Assembly: GCA_013426185.1 (NCBI GenBank)
Contig: CP058602.1
Coordinates: 628,549-692,548 of the forward strand
Direction of reading: 5' to 3'
DNA length: 64,000 bases
Source: Candidatus Woesebacteria bacterium
GTDB taxonomy: Bacteria; Patescibacteriota; Microgenomatia; UBA8517
Both the position numbers and the translations under genes were made by a program. The stretch's first letter is position 1; each line of letters starts with the position of its first letter. This document shows positions 47,126 to 56,941 of this stretch, piece after piece. Under the pieces are notes generated by a model. The model was not told where the DNA came from. It was given only the letters and a program-made list of their open reading frames with translations, and did not search any database.

Positions 47126-48877
47126 ATGAGAATTACAGAATTAACAATAAAAAATTACCGGAGTTTTGACCCAGCAGGACAGACAATAAAATTCCCCTCG
47201 GTTCATTGTGCTTTAGTTGGAAAAAATAATGCAGGTAAGAGCAATATCTTTAGTGCATTAAACCTAGTTTTAGGAGCTAAAAATCCTGCTTACATAAAAT
47301 TTGAGGAAGATGACTACTTCGATATAAATTTACCAATCGAAATAAAAGTTGTTATTTCTGACATAACAGAGGATGATAAAAATATTTTGTTTACACTTCC
47401 TAATTTAACAAGGCAACAAAAAGGTGCTTTAAATTCAAAAATATCCAATGGCGAAGCAGATATAACTTTTTTGTTGCGAAAAAACTATGAATATATTCCA
47501 CTAGATGAAGACGAAGAACAAGCAGGTGAATCTCAAGATACTTTTGAAATAAAACTTTGGGGATTCAATGTTTATAGAAAAAAAGAAGATATTCGAAAAT
47601 TTTTAATACGCACGTTGTTAGTTCCAGCTGTAAGAGATTACAAAAATGAACTTTCTGCCTCTAAATGGACCCAATACGGGCAATTAATGAAAAGTGTTTT
47701 AGAAGACTCCCCTAAATATGCAGAGATAAAATCTGATCTTCAAAATTTAAATGAGAAAATTCAAGAAATATTTAAGAGCGAGAAAGAGAAACTTTTAAAA
47801 AGCGCGCGTATTGTTTCTTATGTTGATGATATTTCCTTTCAGTTAACAAAGGAAAACCATCCTTCAGAATTATTAAGAAATCTTGAGATTTTTATTAAAG
47901 AAGGTGGTAAATTATTTAATATCGATTATGTTGGTACAGGCACTCAAAGTGCTATTATTATTGGTATCCTTGAACTAGCATTAAAAAATAAATCGACAAA
48001 AAATAGGGTATTTTGCATTGAAGAACCAGAAGCCTTCATCCACCCTCATGGAATTAGGTATTTAGGAAGTCTTATTAAGAATATTTCTAGTGAGCAGAAT
48101 ACACAAGTTATTATTTCAACTCACTCTCTATCACTTACTGCTAATTTCGAACCAAAGGAGATAATTAAGGTTGATAAGGAAAACGGAAAAACTGTAATTA
48201 GACAAGATCCCTCTTTTGATGTTGTTCCTTTTAGACGATTTATTCATCAGGATAATGCAGAATTGTTCTTTAGCGATAGAGTAATTTTGGTAGAAGGACC
48301 AACAGAAAAGCATCTTTTCGATAATTTAGACAAAATCACAAAACAAAATCCCGCAAATCCAGATAGTGAGGATTGTAATTTTGACAGGATAAATATCGGT
48401 ATAATTAGGATGGATTCTGTTGATAGTATTGTAAATTACATAAAGATACTTTCTGCTTTTGGTATTGAATATTGCGCAATTGTTGATAAAGATTTTGTTT
48501 TAGATCCATCAAAACAGAATAAACTTAAGGAGTTATGTAGAGAGATCGGAGTTAATTATCAAAACAATGACATACCCCAACTGATAAATAATTTAAAATC
48601 AAAAAATATTCTAGTTAATACAAAAGGAGAAATCGAAGATTTATTTCCTGACCAAGATATTGCAAATATTACTGGAAGAAATATATCAGATATACAGGGA
48701 ATAAAGAGTAAATATCCAAATAAGACAAGCAAAGCATTTAAAGAATTGTTTGGTACTGGTAAAGCAGAATACGCAATCCAGATTGCAGGCTATTATGTAC
48801 AAAATAATACCTCTCATCCTTTAGAGGATATTATTAGAAAACTTTACAAAAAGGATATTTCTAATATAAATTTATAA
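47126..48877 (+). CDS. OLD-family ABC-ATPase/TOPRIM nuclease (GajA-like)
   Basis: GKNNAGKS, IEEPEAFIHP, STHS, VEGPTE, DKD. Confidence 0.88.
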   Translation: MRITELTIKNYRSFDPAGQTIKFPSVHCALVGKNNAGKSNIFSALNLVLGAKNPAYIKFEEDDYFDINLPIEIKVVISDITEDDKNILFTLPNLTRQQKGALNSKISNGEADITFLLRKNYEYIPLDEDEEQAGESQDTFEIKLWGFNVYRKKEDIRKFLIRTLLVPAVRDYKNELSASKWTQYGQLMKSVLEDSPKYAEIKSDLQNLNEKIQEIFKSEKEKLLKSARIVSYVDDISFQLTKENHPSELLRNLEIFIKEGGKLFNIDYVGTGTQSAIIIGILELALKNKSTKNRVFCIEEPEAFIHPHGIRYLGSLIKNISSEQNTQVIISTHSLSLTANFEPKEIIKVDKENGKTVIRQDPSFDVVPFRRFIHQDNAELFFSDRVILVEGPTEKHLFDNLDKITKQNPANPDSEDCNFDRINIGIIRMDSVDSIVNYIKILSAFGIEYCAIVDKDFVLDPSKQNKLKELCREIGVNYQNNDIPQLINNLKSKNILVNTKGEIEDLFPDQDIANITGRNISDIQGIKSKYPNKTSKAFKELFGTGKAEYAIQIAGYYVQNNTSHPLEDIIRKLYKKDISNINL

Positions 48878-50334
48878 AAGAATTTGCCGCCAAAGAAAAA
48901 CTTGAAATCGTCGCCTCGCTTTGCGAGGCAAAAACTGCCAAAGAACCTGGCCGAACTGTGTTCGGCGAAATGTTAGATAGAATTGAAAAGGGCGCAGCCC
49001 AAGGAATTTTGGCTTGGCATCCTGATAGACTGGCAAGAAATTCCATTGATGGCGGAAGGATTATCTATCTGCTGGACACAGGAAAACTTAAGGATTTAAA
49101 ATTTCCTACTTTTTGGTTTGATAATACACCACAAGGCAAGTTTATGTTGAATATTGCCTTTGGGCAAAGCAAATATTACATAGATAATCTTTCAGAAAAC
49201 ATTAAACGAGGACACAGGGCAAAACTACGAAAAGGTATTTGGCCAAGCTTTGCCCCTCTTGGATATCTCAACAACCATAAGACAAAAGGGATAGATATTG
49301 ATCAAGAGAAAGCACCGCTTATCAGAAAAGCGTTTGAATTATACGCCACTGGAGAATATACGCTAAAAGCAATTGCAAAAATTTTAAAAGACGCAGGACT
49401 TAGAAGCTACAAGGGCAAGGTGCTTTCTGTTTCCTGTGTCCAGCGAATGCTTAAAAATACGTTTTACTATGGTGTTTTTAGGTTCAATGGCGAAATGTAT
49501 GATGGAAGCCACGAGCCAATTATTTCCAAGAAACTTTTTGATACTATTCAACAGGTAATGAATAACAGAGGCAAGAAAAAGCGAAAAAGAAAACATAACT
49601 TTGCTTTTTCTGGGCTTATGCGTTGCGGAAATTGCGGTTGCATGATTACTGCTGAAATTCAAAAGGGATATATTTATTATCGTTGCACCAAGAAAAAGCA
49701 AAGATGCAATGAAAAGTATTTGCGCGAAGAAAAACTTGTTGAACAGCTAAAAGCAATAATTCAAAAAGTTTCCTTGCCAGATGAATGGGCAGAGAAAATG
49801 TTGGAAGAAATTGAGAAAGAGAAGGAACAGGCCAAACAAGAAACAAAATCACTTGTTCAAAATCTATTAAAACAAAAAGTGGCAATTGAAAGGAAGATGG
49901 ACAGACTGCTTGATCTTTATATTGAAGGCAAGGGTATTGAACCGGAAGAATATCAAGCTAAAAAACAGAAACTTCTTAATGAAAAACTGAAAATTCAACA
50001 GAAGATTAAAGATTTTGAACAAACAGGAAATAATTGGCTCGAACCAATGAAAGAAATGATTTTAGCCAGTAGCCAAGCCAAAATTCTATCGTCGCAGAGC
50101 GACAATTCTCAAATTCGAGCATTTCTAAAAAATATCGGCTCGAACTTTATTTTAAAAGGTAAAAAATTCCAATTTGAAGGGAAAATCGGCTGGCGTGCCC
50201 TTTTAAATTCCCCCCAGAATACCAATTGGCGGAGGGTACAGGATTCGAACCTGTGCCCGCCTGTAAGGCGGAGCGGTTTTCGAGACCGCCGCTTTAGTCC
50301 ACTCAGCCAACCCTCCACTCTTGGCTCCTTTTAA
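48877..50334 (+). pseudogene. Large serine recombinase, 5'-truncated (catalytic Ser region missing), reading through the tRNA antisense strand
   Basis: KTAKEPGR, HPDRLARN, recombinase domain, CGNCG zinc ribbon, coiled coil; in-frame stop at 48862 and no YxRxS motif. Confidence 0.8.
50227..50316 (-). tRNA. tRNA-Ser(CGA)
   Basis: Cloverleaf, GCGGT-CTCGAAA-ACCGC, long variable arm, encoded CCA. Confidence 0.95.
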
Positions 50335-50338
50335 TTAG

Positions 50339-50411
50339 TGCACCTGGGAGGAATTGAACCTCCAACCTTTTGGTCCGCAACCAAACGTTCTATCCGTTGA
50401 ACTACAGGTGC
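50339..50411 (-). tRNA. tRNA-Arg(GCG)
   Basis: GCACCTG/CAGGTGC acceptor stem, TTTGG-TTGCGGA-CCAAA anticodon arm. Confidence 0.9.
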
Positions 50412-50466
50412 GAATGAAACAAGAACTACAAACTAGTTTTCCCGCCAGTTTACAATAATTCTTTTT

Positions 50467-50982
50467 TTATCTATTTTGCATTTTGGTCGAGAACCAGCCA
50501 GCCAGTTTTTCAAGTGAGGAAGGAGGAATAGGTTGTTTAACAACATAATTTTTCAAAACAGATTCTATTTTCTCTTTGTCTTTTTTCTCTGTCACAAGCT
50601 CCATTTTCCCCGGTATAAAGTTAGTTCCCAAAATAAGCTTGTTGTAATCTTTTTCTTCTTCTATCCAAAAACTAATAATATTTTCCCAGGGAATGATGTT
50701 GTCTTTTATTCTCACTCCAAAGTTGGTTATTTTGTACTCAACTTTCTCAGGTTCTACATTGTGCAAGATAAAATAAAGGAAAGACAAAGCTATTAAAAGT
50801 ACAACAGGCACCCACCCTTCCGCTATAAAAATAATAAGGCTGATAACTGCCAAAACCGCGCCTGAATTAAGATAAAATTCTTTGCTTTTCTTTTCAAAGG
50901 GCCTAAGGTAAGCTTGCCAAGAGAAAAACACTTGTTCTTGAACAAGCTTTGGTTCTTTTTTTTCTGGGACAGGCATTTTCAT
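50467..50982 (-). CDS. Hypothetical two-TM membrane protein
   Basis: FSWQAYLRPF, two TMs, YKITNFGV. Confidence 0.7.
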   Translation of the reverse strand: MKMPVPEKKEPKLVQEQVFFSWQAYLRPFEKKSKEFYLNSGAVLAVISLIIFIAEGWVPVVLLIALSFLYFILHNVEPEKVEYKITNFGVRIKDNIIPWENIISFWIEEEKDYNKLILGTNFIPGKMELVTEKKDKEKIESVLKNYVVKQPIPPSSLEKLAGWFSTKMQNR

Positions 50983-51049
50983 CTAACAAAATTATATCAG
51001 ATTTATCCAAATTTACCTAAGGAGACTCTTCTGCTATAATTGCTTTATT

Positions 51050-51135
51050 GGAGGTGTCGCCTAGTGGTCGATGGCAGAGGTTTGCTAAACCTCGACCCCA
51101 AAAGGGTCACGTGGGTTCGAATCCCACCACCTCCG
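51050..51135 (+). tRNA. tRNA-Ser(GCT)
   Basis: GAGGT-TTGCTAA-ACCTC, long variable arm, GGTTCGAATCC. Confidence 0.93.
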
Positions 51136-51139
51136 CTTT

Positions 51140-51571
51140 ATGAATAACAATCTGATGCTTGTTGGGGGAGCTGTTGTCTTTAAAAGGGCAAATAATGGCC
51201 GTGTGGATTGGTTCTTGGTTGAGGAAAATAGCAAGGGTTGGGAAATTCCCAAAGCTGTTGTGAGAAAAGGTGAATCGTCTGTCAGGGCGGTTTTGCGGAC
51301 AATGGGGGAGCAAGCTGGTATGAGTTGCCGAGTTTTAGAAGAGGTGGGTAGGATTGAGGATAATCTTGAGGTTAATGGTAAAAAGACTTCCCGAAGGATT
51401 ATTTATTATTTGGTCTTGGGTAGAACTGGTGGTGAGGCTTTGGGTTTTGACAGCTCTGCTTGGCTTAATCTTAATTCGGCTTTAAAAAGAGTGTCTTGGG
51501 AGAAAGAGAAAATGATTTTAAAAAAGGCTAAGCTTGAGTTTGAAAAGTGGCTTTCAAGACAAAAGAAATAG
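51140..51571 (+). CDS. NUDIX-family protein (degenerate Nudix box)
   Basis: WEIPKAVVRKGESSVRAVLRTMGEQAG. Confidence 0.7.
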   Translation: MNNNLMLVGGAVVFKRANNGRVDWFLVEENSKGWEIPKAVVRKGESSVRAVLRTMGEQAGMSCRVLEEVGRIEDNLEVNGKKTSRRIIYYLVLGRTGGEALGFDSSAWLNLNSALKRVSWEKEKMILKKAKLEFEKWLSRQKK

Positions 51572-51581
51572 CTTTTAGTGG

Positions 51582-51668
51582 GGTGGGATCGCATAGTGGA
51601 CTAGTGCGCACGCTTGGAGAGCGTGTGTCGCCGCAAGGTGACCGAGGGTTCGAATCCCTCTCCCACCG
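51582..51668 (+). tRNA. tRNA-Ser(GGA)
   Basis: CACGC-TTGGAGA-GCGTG, long variable arm. Confidence 0.93.
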
Positions 51669-51686
51669 CTTAATTTCCCTTACCTT

Positions 51687-51880
51687 GGTGGGTTGGCCGA
51701 GTGGTTTATTTCGAACGAAGTGAGAAACAAGCTTTGTTTTTTAAGCGGAGCGAGAAAAACAAAGCTTATGGCGCAGGTCTTGTCCGCCATTGGCGGATCA
51801 AGTTTTAGGAGGGATTGATATCTGTTGTTTTGGCTTTTACATTGGTGGGTTGGCCGAGTGGTTTACTGCGAAGCAGCAAA
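51687..51880 (+). pseudogene. Two partial 5' copies of tRNA-Ser(TGA) interrupted by palindromic inserts
   Basis: TTGGTGGGTTGGCCGAGTGGTTTA at ~51685, ~51842 and ~51910. Confidence 0.8.
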
Positions 51881-51911
51881 ACACGAGGCTAATCTGAATA
51901 GCTTTTTCTTT

Positions 51912-51995
51912 GGTGGGTTGGCCGAGTGGTTTATGGCGCAGGTCTTGAAAACCTGTGGGAGCAATCCCTCAGAGGTTCGAATCCTCTACCCACCG
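51912..51995 (+). tRNA. tRNA-Ser(TGA)
   Basis: CAGGT-CTTGAAA-ACCTG, complete cloverleaf. Confidence 0.93.
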
Positions 51996-52005
51996 CCTCT
52001 CTCTT

Positions 52006-52077
52006 GCCCCCGTAGTTTAATGGATAAAACGAGGGCTTCCGGAGCCTTCGATGGAAGTTCAATTCTTCCCGGGGGCA
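52006..52077 (+). tRNA. tRNA-Arg(CCG)
   Basis: GCCCCCG/CGGGGGC acceptor stem, AGGGC-TTCCGGA-GCCTT. Confidence 0.9.
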
Positions 52078-52109
52078 CAGTGAAGCTGGGAGGCTAGTCT
52101 TCGCCTATG

Positions 52110-52650
52110 GCAGAGTTGGTCAAAGCTAGTCGAAGCTAGTATTTTGTATTATGTATTATGCAGGGAATAAAGGTAGGAAGTAGAAAGTAGTAAGTAGAAA
52201 GCAACGGATTTCAGATATCGGCTATCGGACGTCGGCTATCGGATGTCGGACATCGGAGCCAGTCAAAAGCTAGTTAAAGTTGGTATCAAGCATCACGAAG
52301 CAGGTGTCGAGTATGGTAATAGGTAAAAGGCAAGGGGTAAAAGTTAAAAGAATTCGGATTTCAGCTATCAGCCGTCAGCTGCCGGAGTTGATTGCTATCT
52401 TAATTCCTTAAATCATAAATCAAAATTCTATAATCAAGGTTTTGAATTTTGACTTTTAAGTTTTGAGTTATATTTTTTGACTTTTAAGTTTTAAGTTTTA
52501 ATTTAATTTGTGATTTGAGAAATTGGATAATTGTAGAATTGTTTAGAATTTAGGATTTAGAAATTAGAATTTAATTTTTGTGATTTGTGATTTGTAATTT
52601 GTTTGTAGTTTGGAATTTGTGATTTGTATATTGTAATTTGTAATTTGTCT
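52110..52650. repeat. Intergenic mosaic array C (same modules as A/B, shuffled order)
   Basis: 52246-52271 is the exact reverse complement of 6902-6927; 52321-52350 is 28/30 identical to 26047-26076. Confidence 0.9.
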
Positions 52651-52657
52651 TACATCT

Positions 52658-54454
52658 ATGGATCAGGTAGAAGAGATTAAGCAAAAGACAGACATTGTTA
52701 ATATTATCTCAGAAAGGCTTGAACTTAAAAAAGCAGGCAGGAATTACAAGGCTTTATGCCCCTTTCATCAGGAGAAAACTCCTTCTTTTATGGTTTCACC
52801 CGAGCTTCAGATTTACAAGTGCTTTGGTTGTGGCGAATCAGGAGATGTCTTTTCTTTTCTTGAAAAATATGAGGGAATGAGTTTCTTTGAGACGCTTCAA
52901 TACCTGGCTGATAAATTGGGAATTAAACTTAAAAGGGTAAATCTGGGAAGAGAGGACAAAAGAGAGCGAATCTTGTCTTTAAATGAATTGGCAGCTAAGT
53001 TTTATAATTACGTTCTTTTGGAGCATAAACTGGGGAAAAAGGCCCTGTCTTATCTGACTGAGAAAAGAGGGCTTAAGCTTGAAACTGTTAAAAAGTTTAA
53101 TTTAGGTTTTTCTCCCAAGAATAGTCAGGCTTTGGTCAACTTTTTGATTAAAAAGAAAGGTTTTACAAAAGAGGAGTTAATCGAATCTGGAACTTTTTTC
53201 CCTCGTGCGGGCGCTTTGCAGGATCGTTTTTATGGCCGTGTGATTTTTCCTCTTTATGATCATCGAGGCAGAACCGTGGGCTTTGGGGGTAGAATTTTGC
53301 CACCTGAATTTGGTGGAGAAGAAAATAAAGATCAAGCTAAATATATAAATTCTCCTGAGACTTTGGTTTATAAAAAATCGCACACCTTGTTTGGCTTAAA
53401 TCTTGTTAAAGAGGAAATTAAAAGAGAAAAGGAAGTGGTGATAGTCGAAGGAGAACTAGATATGATTTCCTCTTATCAAGCAGGAGTTAGAAATATAGTG
53501 GCTGTTAAAGGTTCTGCTTTGACACAAGAGCAGGCCTCTTTGCTTTTAAGGTTTGCTGAAAAGTTTATCTTTGCCTATGACACAGATAACGCTGGAATTA
53601 ACGCTATTAAAAGGGGAGCCGTTGTTACCCAAAAGTTAGGAGCTCAAATAAAAGTGGCGCGTCTTGGGAGTTATAAAGACCCAGATGATATGGCAAGAGC
53701 TAATCCTGAAGGTTTGAAGAGAGTGGTTCAAGAAGCAGTTCCTGTTTGGGACTTTTTGATTGATTTGTCTTTTGAAAAAAATGACGCAAAAACTGGAGAG
53801 GGTAAAGCCAAGATTAGTCAAGAGCTAGTGCCTATTTTATCAAGTATCGAAGACAAGATTGTTCAGGCACATTATGTTGAAGTTTTGGCTGAAAGACTTT
53901 CGGTTCCTTCAACGGCTGTTTTTGAAGAGGTTTCAAAAAAGCAAGGCGAGGCTGTTTTGGAACAAAAAGTAGTTACAGAAAAATTTGCTCCTAAGAAAAG
54001 TAGACGTGAGCTTTTGGAAGAAAGATTATTGGCTCTTCTTTTTCAAAGTGATGTGGAAGGTATTTTAGATGAGTCATTAGATTTATTTTTGCAAAGTCGA
54101 GTTCATAAAAAGTTAGTGGAGGAGTTAAGGAAATTCCTTAGCGAGAGTAAAAAATTTGATCCTGCTTTGTTTTTAAAGGCTCTTCCTTCTGAAATTGCAG
54201 GTCATTTTTCAGAATTAATGCTTTATGAAGCTGGTTTTGATTTTGAGGATAAAGAGCGTTTAGAAAAAGAAATTGCTTCAATTAAGAAAGATCTTAAACA
54301 AGAGATGATTAAAGAAAAATTGATTGATATTCAAGAAAAGATGAAGCAAGCTGAGGCAAAGAGGGATGTTGAGGCTTTAAATTTGCTTCGTAAGGAATTT
54401 GCCCAAAAAACAAGTGAGCTTTCGGCTTTGAATAAAGAGAATGGCGTTGTATAA
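52658..54454 (+). CDS. dnaG: DNA primase
   Basis: CPFHQEKTPSF zinc finger, KYINSPET, VEGELD, YDTD. Confidence 0.97.
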   Translation: MDQVEEIKQKTDIVNIISERLELKKAGRNYKALCPFHQEKTPSFMVSPELQIYKCFGCGESGDVFSFLEKYEGMSFFETLQYLADKLGIKLKRVNLGREDKRERILSLNELAAKFYNYVLLEHKLGKKALSYLTEKRGLKLETVKKFNLGFSPKNSQALVNFLIKKKGFTKEELIESGTFFPRAGALQDRFYGRVIFPLYDHRGRTVGFGGRILPPEFGGEENKDQAKYINSPETLVYKKSHTLFGLNLVKEEIKREKEVVIVEGELDMISSYQAGVRNIVAVKGSALTQEQASLLLRFAEKFIFAYDTDNAGINAIKRGAVVTQKLGAQIKVARLGSYKDPDDMARANPEGLKRVVQEAVPVWDFLIDLSFEKNDAKTGEGKAKISQELVPILSSIEDKIVQAHYVEVLAERLSVPSTAVFEEVSKKQGEAVLEQKVVTEKFAPKKSRRELLEERLLALLFQSDVEGILDESLDLFLQSRVHKKLVEELRKFLSESKKFDPALFLKALPSEIAGHFSELMLYEAGFDFEDKERLEKEIASIKKDLKQEMIKEKLIDIQEKMKQAEAKRDVEALNLLRKEFAQKTSELSALNKENGVV

Positions 54455-54469
54455 TCAAGTGCAAATAAT

Positions 54470-55549
54470 ATGGAGAAAAAGGTAGCCTCAGAGCTTATTA
54501 AAAAAGGCAGGAGTCAAGGGTTTTTAACTCAAGACGAAATTCTTGAGGCATTTCCTGATGCTGAAAACCACATTGAGGAGTTAGATGAGCTTTATGAGAA
54601 GTTAATAGCTGAAAATATTGATGTTTTTGAGTCAGTTGCCCTTGAGGAGACGGATAGCGAAGAGAAAGCAAGAGAAAAACTTGAGCGCGAGATAGAGCTT
54701 CTGACGAAACTTGAAGGTCTTGAATCAACAGATCCTGTCAGACAATATCTAAGAGAGATTGGTAGAGTGCCGCTTCTTTTTGCTGAAGATGAAATAGAGC
54801 TTGCCAAAGCTTATGAGAAAGGTGATAAAAAGGCAAAAGATCTTTTAACCGAATCAAACCTCCGCTTGGTTGTTTCAATCGCCAAAAAATATATTGGCCG
54901 TGGGCTTTCTTTGCTTGACTTAATTCAGGAGGGAAATCAAGGATTAATTAGGGCGGTTGAGAAGTATGACTGGCGGCGTGGTTACAAGTTTTCAACTTAT
55001 GCTACCTGGTGGATAAGGCAAGCGATAACAAGAGCAATTGCTGATCAGGCAAGAACTATCAGAATACCGGTCCATATGGTTGAAACCATTAATAAAATTT
55101 ATCGTGTTTCAAGAAAACTGATGCAAGAGTTGGGTCGTGATCCTACTCCTGAGGAAATAGGAGAAGAGCTTGATATGCCACCCGAGCGGGTAAGAGAAAT
55201 TTTTAAGATTGCCCAGGATACGACTTCTCTTGAAGCGCCAGTTGGAGAGGATAAGGATAGTATTTTAGGGGATTTTATTCCTGATGAGCAATCTTTATCA
55301 CCAGTTGACCAAGCTTCAAAGCAGCTTTTGAAAGACCATCTTGATGAGGTTTTTTCCACTCTCTCTGATCGCGAGGCAAAAGTTTTGAAATTAAGATTTG
55401 GGCTTGAGGGAACAAAACCGTTGACGCTTGAGGAAGTCGGTAAGGTTTTTGGGGTTACTCGCGAAAGAATTAGACAAATTGAAGCAAAAGCTTTGCGAAA
55501 GCTAAAACATCCAAGCCGCAGAAAGAAGCTTCAAGATTATCTTGATTAG
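54470..55549 (+). CDS. rpoD: RNA polymerase primary sigma factor
   Basis: [48 protein letters not shown]. Confidence 0.97.
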   Translation: MEKKVASELIKKGRSQGFLTQDEILEAFPDAENHIEELDELYEKLIAENIDVFESVALEETDSEEKAREKLEREIELLTKLEGLESTDPVRQYLREIGRVPLLFAEDEIELAKAYEKGDKKAKDLLTESNLRLVVSIAKKYIGRGLSLLDLIQEGNQGLIRAVEKYDWRRGYKFSTYATWWIRQAITRAIADQARTIRIPVHMVETINKIYRVSRKLMQELGRDPTPEEIGEELDMPPERVREIFKIAQDTTSLEAPVGEDKDSILGDFIPDEQSLSPVDQASKQLLKDHLDEVFSTLSDREAKVLKLRFGLEGTKPLTLEEVGKVFGVTRERIRQIEAKALRKLKHPSRRKKLQDYLD

Positions 55550-55570
55550 TTTCAGTATTTGCAACGGTGA

Positions 55571-56131
55571 CTATTGGTTGGTATTAAATTGGGCCGGGTT
55601 GAATTTATTTAGGTCAATGAAATTAATATCAGCTGGCGGTTCAAATTTGTCGTTCGAAATAGCTGCTGGCAAACAAGTGTATTTAATGTCAGGACTATCA
55701 ACTCCGCTTTCTTCCCATGCATCTTTTGTCTCCCCCGTTTGATCTTTTTCTTCATAACAGATCTTGGCTCCTTGCTTTAATTTGTCAGCTGAATTCCAAC
55801 TCCAGACACAATTATCTTTAACGATCACCTCAGCTGTGTCGCCATTTGCTGATGACATTTTTCCTCTCCACATCTTGCCTTTTAAGTATCCTTCAAACTC
55901 GTTTTCGCCGATTTTGTAGGTGCATTTCATCGGTATTCCTTTTTCAACAGCTAATTTCAAACTTCCGACTACTGCTTCTTCTGTTTTTTGACTTACATTT
56001 TCAGCCACTTTTTCAACAGGACTGGTGATATTTTTATTAATTCCTTTTTGTTTTGAAATTAGAAAGGCAAAGATAAGAAGAACGACTATTATAGTTGCAA
56101 TAGGTAAAATTTTCTTTTTAATTTTACTCAC
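55571..56131 (-). CDS. Hypothetical membrane-anchored protein
   Basis: N-terminal TM, MKCTY...FEPPADINF. Confidence 0.7.
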   Translation of the reverse strand: MSKIKKKILPIATIIVVLLIFAFLISKQKGINKNITSPVEKVAENVSQKTEEAVVGSLKLAVEKGIPMKCTYKIGENEFEGYLKGKMWRGKMSSANGDTAEVIVKDNCVWSWNSADKLKQGAKICYEEKDQTGETKDAWEESGVDSPDIKYTCLPAAISNDKFEPPADINFIDLNKFNPAQFNTNQ

Positions 56132-56185
56132 CTCCTTTTGGTGAGTTAATAATAACAGATTGCGATTTCTTTTTTCTAGGGGAAG

Positions 56186-56443
56186 TTAGCTTGATTTTTT
56201 GAGATTCACAAAAGTTCCAAGAGATCCGCCTAGGGAATAGGAGATAAGAACAGGCAGATTGTTTTCAAGATGATTTATGAGCTGATAGAGAATGAAGAAG
56301 TAGAGGATATTTTCTATAAAGACGACTACTGAAGCACTAAAATTCCTTCCCCTTGCGATAAAAGAGGTTCTTGCTGTTGCCAGAAACATTTCTATAAATC
56401 CAACAAAAAGATAAATTACAGCTTGTATGACTGTGTTTAGCAT
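56186..56443 (-). CDS. Small membrane protein (UPF0316/DUF5698-like)
   Basis: GGAGGA RBS before ATG 56443; YSLGGSLGTFV. Confidence 0.65.
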   Translation of the reverse strand: MLNTVIQAVIYLFVGFIEMFLATARTSFIARGRNFSASVVVFIENILYFFILYQLINHLENNLPVLISYSLGGSLGTFVNLKKSS

Positions 56444-56589
56444 AGCGTTTATTCCTCCCCAAAGGGTCAAAATCAGAGTTAGTAAGATATTCTTTTTCCA
56501 TAGGCTTTGAAAACGGAACGAAAGACTTGTTCCGCTAGCTTATTTTATCTTAAAGACGCTCTTCTATCAAGTCTAAAAAATGATATAAT

Positions 56590-56705
56590 ATTAAAAGTTA
56601 AAAGTTAAAAGTTGAAATTTGTAATTTGTAACTTGGAGTCTGTTTGTATATTGGGATTTGTGGTTTGGAATTTGTTTAGAATTTAGGATTTAGAAACTAG
56701 AACTT
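56590..56705. repeat. Short intergenic mosaic array D upstream of tRNA-Asn
   Basis: (TTAAAAG)3, (TTTGTAA)n and (TTTAGAA)n modules shared with arrays A-C. Confidence 0.8.
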
Positions 56706-56718
56706 TAAAACAAGATAA

Positions 56719-56794
56719 TCCCCGGTAGCTCAGCTGGTAGAGCGCGCGGCTGTTAACCGCTAGGTCGAAGGTTCGAGTCCTTCCCGGGGAGCCA
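56719..56794 (+). tRNA. tRNA-Asn(GTT)
   Basis: GCGG-CTGTTAA-CCGC, GGTTCGAGTCC, encoded CCA. Confidence 0.95.
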
Positions 56795-56941
56795 TCCTTC
56801 GCCAAGGCTACGGAGTGGCATGCTCTAGTGTTACGAAGCTTTGGCACAATACACCTACCCAAGGAGCATTCTATAGGGGGTAGCGGATGAGATGATTATC
56901 GAACATTAAATATGAGCAAAACTAGTTGGAGTAGTATATAA

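Larger units (their letters stand above)
44640..50226. mobile_element. Defence island next to tRNA-Ser(CGA), bounded by serine-recombinase sequences
   Basis: XRE, REase, MTase, OLD nuclease and a recombinase running into the tRNA 3' end; recombinase remnants at the left edge; left boundary approximate. Confidence 0.7.

Noticed and set aside
51687-51800. Intron-containing or split tRNA-Ser
   Set aside because: Copy 1 has no 3' half (T-arm or acceptor), and an intact gene lies at 51912-51995
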